From Promethearchaeota archaeon (GTDB lineage: Archaea > Asgardarchaeota > Lokiarchaeia > Sigyniarchaeales > SOKP01), in contig JAUVXW010000051.1 in NCBI GenBank assembly GCA_030603385.1, positions 1-11,944 on the forward strand: a DNA stretch of 11,944 bases. The letters run 5' to 3'. Positions 1 to 7,399 of this stretch are shown here, in pieces. The translations under genes were made by a program, and so were the position numbers. Below the pieces are notes generated by a model. It did not search any database and was not told the origin of the DNA. It was given only the letters and a program-made list of their open reading frames with translations. Within the stretch, counting starts at the first letter, position 1. Each line of letters starts with the position of its first letter.

Positions 1-1
1 T

Positions 2-244
2 CAAAATCCTTCCATCTTCATATTTAATATTCATAAATCCCTAGATGATGAGACTCCTGAAGAATTAATTTCTATTGATTATTGGAATGATTTAAATATT
101 CTTGAAAACTCTGGAAGAATTAAAATCCATCAATCTGAACCACTGATAAACATAACTTTTATGGGAAGTTTATCTGCTGATACAATACAAATTCCTGAAG
201 ATATTGAAAATTGTTTTAATGCATTAGAAAAAAATGTCCCATAG
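2..244 (+). CDS. 3' end of a hypothetical protein (5' truncated by window)
   Basis: Frame 2 is open from the window edge: QNPSIFIFNIHKSLDDETPEELISIDYW...CFNALEKNVP, TAG at 242-244. Not in the ORF track; no family recognised. Confidence 0.6.
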   Translation, partial: QNPSIFIFNIHKSLDDETPEELISIDYWNDLNILENSGRIKIHQSEPLINITFMGSLSADTIQIPEDIENCFNALEKNVP

Positions 245-420
245 TTATAAGTAAATCTTTAACGAGATTTCTTTTTTATATTAAATCTATATAAAAATTA
301 TAACATTCAATTTAAATAATCCATATTCTATTTAGGAATTAGAAATGAATTTTGAATACAAAAAACAAATTAAATCGTGCTTTCCCCTCCTAAAATAGTA
401 TGTGAATAGGGCAAAAAGCG

Positions 421-627
421 ATGGAAATAGGAGCTAATGCTGTCATCAACTTTAGGTATAAAGAAGATGGGACTCACATATTTTGTAAGGGTTTGGGAGT
501 TATAGTTGAAGACCTTGAAACCACCTCATCTCCTAAGAAAGAAAATATTAATGTAATCCTCTGTGAGAGCTGTGGAAATGAAAAGCAGAGCTCTCATAAA
601 TTCTGCCCTTTTTGTGGATCAGAATAA
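421..627 (+). pseudogene. Probable 5'-truncated YbjQ/UPF0145-like (heavy-metal-binding fold) fragment with C-terminal zinc ribbon
   Basis: From 406 the frame reads IGQKAMEIGANAVINFRY...CKGLGVIVE, resembling the second half of YbjQ-like domains (A..lGANAVig.r...a.GtaV). It ends CESCG-x8-CPFCG. In-frame stops at 391-393 and 403-405 cut off the expected N-terminal half. Confidence 0.5.
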
Positions 628-682
628 CTTTTTTAAGTATAAATTGGTAATACTAACTTTACTTACTATCCCAAAGACTTAG

Positions 683-714
683 TGAAATGTAAGGTGTATG
701 GGTTGTGTTCCGGA
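683..714 (+). repeat. 3' motif copy 0 (tga..tgta.aggtg..gggttgtgttccgga)
   Basis: Shares TGTGTTCCGGA and the flanking G-rich sequence with the sequences directly after the stops of both paralogs (1550-1593, 2509-2552). Confidence 0.75.
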
Positions 715-716
715 TT

Positions 717-812
717 ATATTTTTTTTCTATTTTTTAGCTAACATTTTTAATTATGCATTCTATTTTCTAATTGATTGAGAGGCTTACTATGTGATTTAA
801 CAACTTATAGAG
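717..812 (+). promoter_or_regulatory. Duplicated upstream block copy 1 (putative archaeal promoter/5' UTR)
   Basis: Near-identical to 1663-1756 (ttctattttttagctaacatttttaatt...ttctattttct.attgattgagagg). It contains a TTTTAATT TATA-like box. The duplication is seen directly; promoter function is inferred. Confidence 0.65.
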
Positions 813-859
813 TATGAGCTTCGAGATGAAGACGAAATATGATTTACTGCTGATAGAAT

Positions 860-1552
860 ATGCCTGAAGAAGAGCGACAGATTTTCACCTGCCCAAAAAA
901 TTAGATGGATTTCCCGTTCGGTTTGGATTGTGGTGCGAAATCTGCCAGAGTGGAAAATATAAAGAAAAGTTCGATTGGTACGTTGGACTGTGATAATTGT
1001 GGTTTATCAAAGGCTGTGCTTGTTAATTCCGTATTAGCCCCTGTCTATGAGTTTGGCTCTTTTATCTATATCGATTCTGCTGTTCAAGAAATTATGCGAT
1101 TAGAGGGCTATTTCGGTTCGTTTGGCGGTGAGAATGAAGGTTATAAGATAAAATTAATTTTTTCTCTTTTACAAGATTTGTGTAAAGCTAAAGCTGCTGA
1201 AGCCTTAGAAGACGATGACGCCTTAGATCTCGCTGAAGTGTTTAAATGGGAAAAGAAGGGATTAGAATATAATCGTCAATTAGAGTGGTTAGAAGAATTT
1301 GTAAAGGAAAATCTGGGAGGTTCTTGGAATGGTATAAAATTTACTGGGCGTGATGGTGGGGGCAGTTCTTATCCCTATCCATATGTTTTTAAACCTCCAT
1401 CTCCACCTGACGATATTGGAGTAGTAATGAATGTGCAGGTTAAACGAGCTTTTAAGGAAGAGACGAGCGATTCTCTAAAATTTTGCTTGTATTGTGGAAG
1501 CAAACTAAGGATAAGCGCAAAGTATTGTCGAGCTTGTGGTAAAAAGTTTTGA
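860..1552 (+). CDS. Elf1-like zinc-ribbon protein with C-terminal extension, paralog 1; predicted spliced CDS join(860..898,929..1552), 220 aa
   Basis: Spliced N-terminus MPEEERQIFTCPK|CGAKSARVENIKKSSIGTLDCDNCGLSKAVLVNSVLAPVYEFGSFI matches the Elf1 pattern F-x-CPxC...G-x-L-x-CxxCG...P(V/I)xxx(G/S)xFI. It is followed by a helical region, YPYPYVFKPPSPPDD and a terminal CLYCG-x9-CRACG ribbon. The ORF track gives only 905..1552. Confidence 0.8.
899..928 (+). other. Predicted 30-nt bulge-helix-bulge mRNA intron 1
   Basis: Central helix CCAA 893-896/TTGG 923-926; 3-nt bulges AAA 897-899 and ATT 927-929; outer exon-exon stem CAGATTTTCACC 878-889/GGTGCGAAATCTG 932-944; inner stem GATGG/CCGTT; in-frame TAG 902-904. 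Confidence 0.78.
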
Positions 1553-1593
1553 TCTTCGTATTAGTGGGAGTGTGTTCCGGAGTTTTTACTCCA
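1550..1593 (+). repeat. 3' motif copy 1, possible terminator hairpin followed by T-rich tract
   Basis: tgatcttcgtattagtgggagtgtgttccggagtttttactcca; GGAGT-TTTT-ACTCC can form a hairpin; T-rich sequence follows. Confidence 0.75.
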
Positions 1594-1662
1594 AAAATTT
1601 TTATTTTCTTTCTTTTTGTATTTATAGTATCTATAGAGTTTGTGTTTCGTTGTGTTTCTTTG

Positions 1663-1756
1663 ATATTTTTTCTATTTTTTAGCTAACATTTTTAATTTTG
1701 GTTTCTATTTTCTTATTGATTGAGAGGTTTGCTGTGTAATCGCACAATTTTAAGAG
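1663..1756 (+). promoter_or_regulatory. Duplicated upstream block copy 2 (putative promoter/5' UTR)
   Basis: Near-identical to 717-812. It runs into an SD-like GAGGTTG (1754-1760) 7 nt before ATG 1768. Confidence 0.65.
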
Positions 1757-1767
1757 GTTGATCTTTA

Positions 1768-2511
1768 ATGAGAAGAAGAAAAAGAGAGCATTTAATCGAC
1801 AGGACGGCTCGTTATCCTGTCCACCCGATAATAAATCGCGGTGAAAGAGTCGTAAAAGAAGTATCCAAGACTTTCACCTGCCCAAAAGACTAGATGGGTT
1901 TCCCGTTCAATTTGGATTGTGGTGAGAGATCGGAAGTAACAGAAAAAATTAGAATGAGTCTCTGTGGTACGGTGAAGTGTATTCATTGTTGGACAACATT
2001 GGGTGTTTTAATTAATGTCAAATTAGAACCTATTTATTCGATTGGAGATTTTATTTCGATAAGTCGTGTTGGTCAGGAATTTCAGAGATTGGAGAGTCAC
2101 ATTGAGCAAATTATTAAACTTGAGAAAAAAAGTGCGATGCAGGAAGTGATGTCGTTTTCTCTTATCTTTGAAGAGTTTTGTAGAGCTAAAGTTGACGAAG
2201 CCAGAGAAATCGGAGCTACTGTCAATAGTGATGTAGTAAAAAAGTGGAGTTTTAAAGCAGAAGCGTGTTCTCGCCAAATCAGTAAGTTTTTTATTGAAAG
2301 CAGCCAGTGGAAAAGGGATGGTAATTTTTACCCCTATCCGTATGTTTTTAAACCTCCTGAACCTCCTGGTGATATAGGTGTTGCAACAAATGTGGAGCAA
2401 ACCAGACCCGTAGAGGAGGAAGCACCTGAAGTAGAGTTATTTTGTAGGTATTGTGGGAGCGTGCTTGCGATGGACGAGAGTTATTGTAGTGTCTGTGGGA
2501 AAAACTCCTGA
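1768..2511 (+). CDS. Elf1-like zinc-ribbon protein with C-terminal extension, paralog 2; predicted spliced CDS join(1768..1887,1918..2511), 237 aa
   Basis: Exon 1 MRRRKREHLIDRTARYPVHPIINRGERVVKEVSKTFTCPK is in frame with exon 2 CGERSEVTEKIRMSLCGTVKCIHCW...LEPIYSIGDFI. The basic MRRRKR start is typical of Elf1. It has YPYPYVFKPPEPPGD and a terminal CRYCG-x9-CSVCG as in paralog 1. The ORF track gives only 1894..2511. Confidence 0.82.
1888..1917 (+). other. Predicted 30-nt bulge-helix-bulge mRNA intron 2
   Basis: Central helix CCAA 1882-1885/TTGG 1912-1915; bulges AAG 1886-1888 and ATT 1916-1918; outer stem CTTTCACC 1871-1878/GGTGAGAG 1921-1928; inner stem GATGGG/CCCGTT; in-frame TAG 1891-1893. 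Confidence 0.78.
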
Positions 2512-2552
2512 TCATTGTAGAGGTGGGGTTGTGTTCCGGAGTTTTTACACCA
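2509..2552 (+). repeat. 3' motif copy 2, followed by T-rich tract (likely terminator region between convergent genes)
   Basis: tgatcattgtagaggtggggttgtgttccggagtttttacacca aligns with 1550-1593 and 683-714. Confidence 0.75.
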
Positions 2553-2603
2553 TTTTTTCTATTTATTCATTTATTTTTTGAAATTTAATGATTTAGATTT
2601 GAA

Positions 2604-4589
2604 TTAAGTTGATTTTGGAATTAAAATATGATCTTTTAAGAGATTTAGTATTTCAGGTGATATATCTTCAATATAATCAATTATGTCCTTATTCTCAAAA
2701 TTAAGATTAAATTTTTTTCTAATTTCTGATAAAACTTTTTTAGCCTCAATTTTAAATATTCCAATGTCTTCCCAATTTTCCAAAAAATCGTCAACCCAAT
2801 GATTTGAATCACTTTTTACTATTTTAGATAGATGAGTCAGTGCTCTTTTAGAAAAGAGTGTTTCATGAATTTGATTATAAATTTCAACGATATTAGTTGA
2901 TGGGGGGAATTTAGATATTTCTGTTCTTGGACTCAGTGTTTCTCTTAACCTATTTTCAACATAATTTAATAAAAGTTTTGAAAATTGATTATTTATTTGA
3001 TTATGGAATATTTCAGTTAATTTTTCCTTAACATCCTCAAATGATTTTGCTTCTACTCTCTCGAAAACTAATTTTGCTATAGCATCAAGATCAAGAAGGT
3101 AACTCTCGATTTGTCTTTTTTTCCATACATGGACATGAAAAACGTCAAAATTTTTAATTCTTTCTATCTCTTCAGGTGAATCTTCATCTTTGTCTCTGAT
3201 ATATATTATTTTTTTATCCTTTAAGAAATTAGTAAAAAAATCTTTAAATTTATTTAGATCTGTAGAATACCTTTTTTCAATAGGGAAAAATTCATATTTT
3301 AAGAAATCTTGTTTTATTTCATTATCTTTGACATATTTATCAATAAATTTCCTCAATAATACTTCATCTGTCGGGCCCTCAACAAAAATTAACTCTTCTG
3401 CACCTCTGAGCATCTCTCTTTTAAAAATTGAAGGAATTATTCCCATTTGATCTAATTGGTCATATAAATCTAGATCTTCTTCAATTAGTTGATGGGTTGA
3501 ATAACCATCTCTTAGATGAAGCGAGATTATGTTATCTAAAGGTAAATTATCAATAATATTAGGTAAATGAGTAGTGAATATGATTTGCTTCGATTCAGAA
3601 AGAACTTTTAAATATTCAACGAACTGATTTGCTAAGCTAGCGTGAAGATGCGCATCAGGTTCATCGATAAGGACAGTATTAACATCCTCATATCCTATAA
3701 TTGAAAAAATTTGAGTAAAAATTTGTGTTCCACCTCCATAAAGTGTAATATCTCGGTTGAACGAATCAAGAATCAATTTAAAATTACCCATAGTATGATC
3801 TAAATCAATTTTGACATTTTCAATCATTCCAAAATTCTCTTCCATCTTCGACTGAAACTGCTCAAAGGCTCGAGGATTCGTTCTCTTTAAATGAAAAAGT
3901 TGTGCTCGAATGTATTTATTTCTAAATTCCGTTCTAAGTTTCCGTTGTAGTTCGCTGTAAGACATATATTTCTCATTTTTTTGAAATTCGCTTAGATAAG
4001 GGTAAATTATTAGAGGTTTAAATGGAAAACTAGCAGGACTATTATGATAATATAATAAAATCTGAGAAAAATTGACATTCAGCTTACTTTTTGTTGAAAT
4101 TACTCCATCTTCAGTTATAAGTTGCTTAATATCATTTATTGCTTTATAAAACATTGTTTCATTGAAGTTCATACCTCCTCTCTTAATAACTCTTGTCGTT
4201 TCGCTAACAACTTCGATGTCAAGCTGAAATTTAAATACAATATCATTTTCTACAAGAAAAGAAGTTATAATTTCCCATTCATCATTATTAAAACGTCTCC
4301 TTTGCTCTACATCAATTTTTCTTAAATCTTTTAGGGTTAAAATCTCCACTTTTGTCAAACTAACCTCGAGCTCGATTCTAGTAGTAAACGCCGGTTCTTT
4401 AAATTTAGTTGGAAAATCATTTTGAACATCACCGCCAAAATTCATACCAAATATTGCTGCAATTGCCTGAATTATTGATGTTTTACCAGCATTATTTTCC
4501 CCTATAAGAGCATTAATCCCATCTTTAAATTCGATAGTTTGATCTTTAAAATGTTTAAAATTAGTTAATTTAAGCCGTAAAATTTTCAT
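2604..4589 (-). CDS. OLD-family ATP-dependent nuclease (ABC/SMC-type ATPase + TOPRIM)
   Basis: N-terminal LKLTNFKHF, Walker A GENNAGKTS, degenerate signature YGGGTQ, Walker B/D-loop VLIDEPDAHLH, H-switch IFTTH, TOPRIM IFVEGPTDE and RDKD, and RQIESYLL. Confidence 0.9.
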   Translation of the reverse strand: MKILRLKLTNFKHFKDQTIEFKDGINALIGENNAGKTSIIQAIAAIFGMNFGGDVQNDFPTKFKEPAFTTRIELEVSLTKVEILTLKDLRKIDVEQRRRFNNDEWEIITSFLVENDIVFKFQLDIEVVSETTRVIKRGGMNFNETMFYKAINDIKQLITEDGVISTKSKLNVNFSQILLYYHNSPASFPFKPLIIYPYLSEFQKNEKYMSYSELQRKLRTEFRNKYIRAQLFHLKRTNPRAFEQFQSKMEENFGMIENVKIDLDHTMGNFKLILDSFNRDITLYGGGTQIFTQIFSIIGYEDVNTVLIDEPDAHLHASLANQFVEYLKVLSESKQIIFTTHLPNIIDNLPLDNIISLHLRDGYSTHQLIEEDLDLYDQLDQMGIIPSIFKREMLRGAEELIFVEGPTDEVLLRKFIDKYVKDNEIKQDFLKYEFFPIEKRYSTDLNKFKDFFTNFLKDKKIIYIRDKDEDSPEEIERIKNFDVFHVHVWKKRQIESYLLDLDAIAKLVFERVEAKSFEDVKEKLTEIFHNQINNQFSKLLLNYVENRLRETLSPRTEISKFPPSTNIVEIYNQIHETLFSKRALTHLSKIVKSDSNHWVDDFLENWEDIGIFKIEAKKVLSEIRKKFNLNFENKDIIDYIEDISPEILNLLKDHILIPKST

Positions 4590-4850
4590 AATATCTTAAC
4601 CCTCCATATTCGAAAATAATAAACTGCTAATATGTTTTAGATGTGAGATATTAATAGATCTTAAATATATTAATTTGATCCCCTTGATTGATTTCTAGCT
4701 AACAACTTGATTTTTTAAAAGTTACTTAGTTTAACTGAATCAACTAATATAGCATATTTTTATATAATTCCCTTCTATAAAATCATGTATAGACTATCCA
4801 TTGAATATGTAAGATATCAGTTAAAAACTATAAAGTTTTAACATATGTAA

Positions 4851-6600
4851 TTGGTCGAGTATCAGATGCTCATTATAGAAGAATTTCGAAAAATTATTTC
4901 GAATGAATTAGGAAATACTTGGGATATAATTCAGAGAGAAATAAAAGAATATTTTAATATAATTGATTTTGCCAACATAAATTATAGGAAAAACTATAGA
5001 AAAATAATCCAACCGCAAGAAGAGATTCTAGATGATCTCCTTAATATTCCAGAAATTTATCCCTTGTTATATGAGATTAAAGAAAGCAATTTTAATAATT
5101 TTGATAGTGATTCAATTACCAAGAATTATAATCATTATGAACACGGTTATTATTTAAGAGATATAATCCTTCCTCAGTTAGATCCGATTGTAAAAAGAAT
5201 AGAAAGTTTTCGAATTGAGAATTTTAATAAATTAGCAGATACTCAGAAAGAAATTCAAATCATCAAGAAATTTATTGATCATAATTTTCAAGATTATGGA
5301 TTAATACATTATGATTCTTATATCAATGTAATAAACGGGGTTGCTTACCATGAGGATTTTTATATCATTTTACCAAACCTTCTCAGATGTGTTTTTGAGA
5401 ATCTGCTTTATGATATTTTTCAAACAGCTCTGGATAAAAAGCACACTGATTTTATCTTTTTGAAGAGTCAGGCAAGAGCAAGAGATTTTTCTCAATTAAT
5501 TGCGTTATTAAATATTCTTAAAGATAAGGGATTCAAACCATATCACAAAGATTCTATTAATCAGAATGTAATTGAGGTATTAAGAGAAATTCAGAAGACC
5601 GGGAATTTATCAGTACATCAAATTCTAAGGCAGATCGACAGAAATTTTGCTGATAATATGAAAGAAAAGGTCAATAGAGTATTATTAGTTTTATTGGTTT
5701 TTTTCACAAAAATTCAAAATAAAAATTTGGTAATAATTGATGAAATTTTAATTGACAAAATTTATAAAACTCTTGGACTTACAGAAACGAAGAAACATAG
5801 AAAATTAATAGATGAGAAGGAGCAGGCATCAAGAATTTCAGCATGGAAGGTTATAATACAAGAGGATAACATTAAAATCGATGAAAAAGCAGTAATTCAA
5901 TCAATTCTACCAGATATTGTTGATGGGAAAATTATAAAAATAAATTGTGGAATTGATGATGAAAAATGGGAAAAACCTAAAAAATTATTAGAATCTGTAA
6001 TAGATGATGTGTTTAATGTGGAAGGCTTTTACAATTACAAATTTGCAGTATTTTCTCTAGCAAGAATTTCATATTCAATCTATTTAGGCTTTCTTCTTAC
6101 AGATCAGGTTAAGATAAGGTATTCCCAATACAATCGGGACTTACAAACTTGGAAATGGGTTAAAGATATACGTGGTTTTGGGTATTCTAGTTTAGACATC
6201 ATAGGATTAGTTAAGAGGAGAAAAAAAAAAAATCACCGAAATTGTAATCAAAATATCTATTTCAGCAAGAATTTTAGATGATGATATCAAAGAATTAGGG
6301 TTAGATCTTAATAATAGAGTTGAACTCAGCGTGATTAAACCTTCAGAAGATTGGCTTATTTCAGAGCATCAGATAGTTAGTGTTGGTCAACTTTTTAGGG
6401 GTATTTTAGCAAATCTAAGGGAAAAACTTCCCAATTTAAATAAAATTCATTTATTTTATGCTGGTCCTACGGCAGGCGCAATTGCTATAGGTCGACAAAT
6501 TAATCCAAGAATGACACCTTTGATTCAACTCTATGAATATAATAGAGCGGATTCGCCCAGATACAAAAAAAGTATTAAATTGGAGGATGATCTCTATTAG
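4851..6600 (+). CDS. CBASS effector: N-terminal HEPN/DUF4145-like domain fused to SAVED; frameshifted at A12 (6221-6232), about 582 aa if one A is removed
   Basis: SAVED motifs span both track ORFs: FAVFSLARISYSIYLGFLL..YSQYNRDLQTWKW (first frame), then ITEIVIKISISARI (open from 6211 in the +1 frame) and IHLFYAGPTAGAIAIGRQIN..IQLYEY. It lies directly upstream of, and overlaps, a CD-NTase. Start uncertain (TTG 4851 or ATG 4866). Confidence 0.85.
6221..6232 (+). repeat. A12 homopolymer at the frameshift point
   Basis: 12 consecutive A; 11 A would give ...LVKRRKKKITEIVIKISIS... in one frame. Confidence 0.9.
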
Positions 6601-7357
6601 TAATGAAAATTATTTAAGAGAACTTCTTGCTACCCAAAATCTAACGAAAAATCAAATTGAAAATTTAAAAAATCAGCGGGATGCAATCGTTGAAGATGTG
6701 GTTAATGAAATTGGGGGGAATCCAACCTTATTTAACGCTGGATCTTATGCTAAGGGTACTATGATTCAAGTTAGCTACGATTTGGATATTGTATTATATT
6801 GGGCAAATAATTTTCGGTATAGTCCTCGTAACCTTTATAATGAAATAGGAAGTGTTCTTCAAAGTAAAGGTAGAAATCCAAAATCTAAAAAAGTAGGATG
6901 GGAAATACCATTTCAAGGAGATTTTCACATAGATGTTATTCCTGGAAAGAAAATCCTAAATAAGCCAAACTATGCATATTTATATAATACTAATACTAAT
7001 AACCGTTTTCAATCAAGTGTCAAAAAACATGTTTCTTTTGTTAAAAAAGCAAATCGCCAGAGTGTAATAAAACTAATGAAATTATGGAAGAAAAGAAAAA
7101 GTGTTCCAATTAAAACTTTTATACTGGAATATATGATTATTGAGGGTTGTAAAAGAGTAAGCCGAAATACTCTGGAACCTCAAATAGGTGCTGCTTTTGA
7201 ATATATCGAAGAAAATATTACTACTAAGAGAATATTAGATCCAGCAAATTCACAAAACATAATTTCAGATGATATTACACAAGAAGAAAAGAATCGAATT
7301 AGAAGGCTCGCAATTCAAGCATTAGATGCTGATAGTTGGAGTAAAGTATTTTTTTAA
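6587..7357 (+). CDS. CBASS cyclic-oligonucleotide synthase (CD-NTase/SMODS, Pol-beta nucleotidyltransferase), about 256 aa
   Basis: GSYAKGT-x6-DLD catalytic motif, third Asp in IDVIPG, IKLMKLWK helix and C-terminal ILDPANSQNII. ATG 6587, overlapping the end of the SAVED gene, is preferred over the track start 6533, although the start is uncertain. Confidence 0.9.
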   Translation: MISISNENYLRELLATQNLTKNQIENLKNQRDAIVEDVVNEIGGNPTLFNAGSYAKGTMIQVSYDLDIVLYWANNFRYSPRNLYNEIGSVLQSKGRNPKSKKVGWEIPFQGDFHIDVIPGKKILNKPNYAYLYNTNTNNRFQSSVKKHVSFVKKANRQSVIKLMKLWKKRKSVPIKTFILEYMIIEGCKRVSRNTLEPQIGAAFEYIEENITTKRILDPANSQNIISDDITQEEKNRIRRLAIQALDADSWSKVFF

Positions 7358-7399
7358 TTATTAATTTCTCTGGAATGGTAAATTAGCTGAGAGAACCAA

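Noticed and set aside
374-422. Imperfect BHB-like fold (GCTTT/AAAGC, CCC/GGG, CAA bulge) over the stops upstream of the YbjQ-like fragment
   Set aside because: The central helix is mismatched or out of register, there is no inner stem, and neither cut option restores a convincing full-length domain.
901-993. Alternative frame LDGFPVRFGLWCEIC with TGC in copy 1 versus TGA in copy 2 (possible selenocysteine)
   Set aside because: The frame closes quickly in both copies, and downstream conservation is in the main frame.
902-1893. Pyrrolysine or other readthrough of the conserved in-frame TAG codons
   Set aside because: Readthrough would leave 10 extra residues inside the CxxC knuckle and does not explain the BHB geometry; splicing explains both. 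Other TAG stops here followed closely by TAA (242-250, 6598-6603) are unremarkable in AT-rich DNA. Less favoured, not formally excluded.
1792-2400. Track ORFs 1792..1986 and 2023..2400 on the minus strand
   Set aside because: Antisense shadows of paralog 2, with no counterpart in paralog 1.
3190-4325. Track ORFs 3190..3450 and 4122..4325 on the plus strand
   Set aside because: Antisense to the well-supported OLD nuclease; no motifs.
6331-6600. Separate 89-aa gene
   Set aside because: It is the C-terminal part of the SAVED domain; its frame is open back to the A12 tract.
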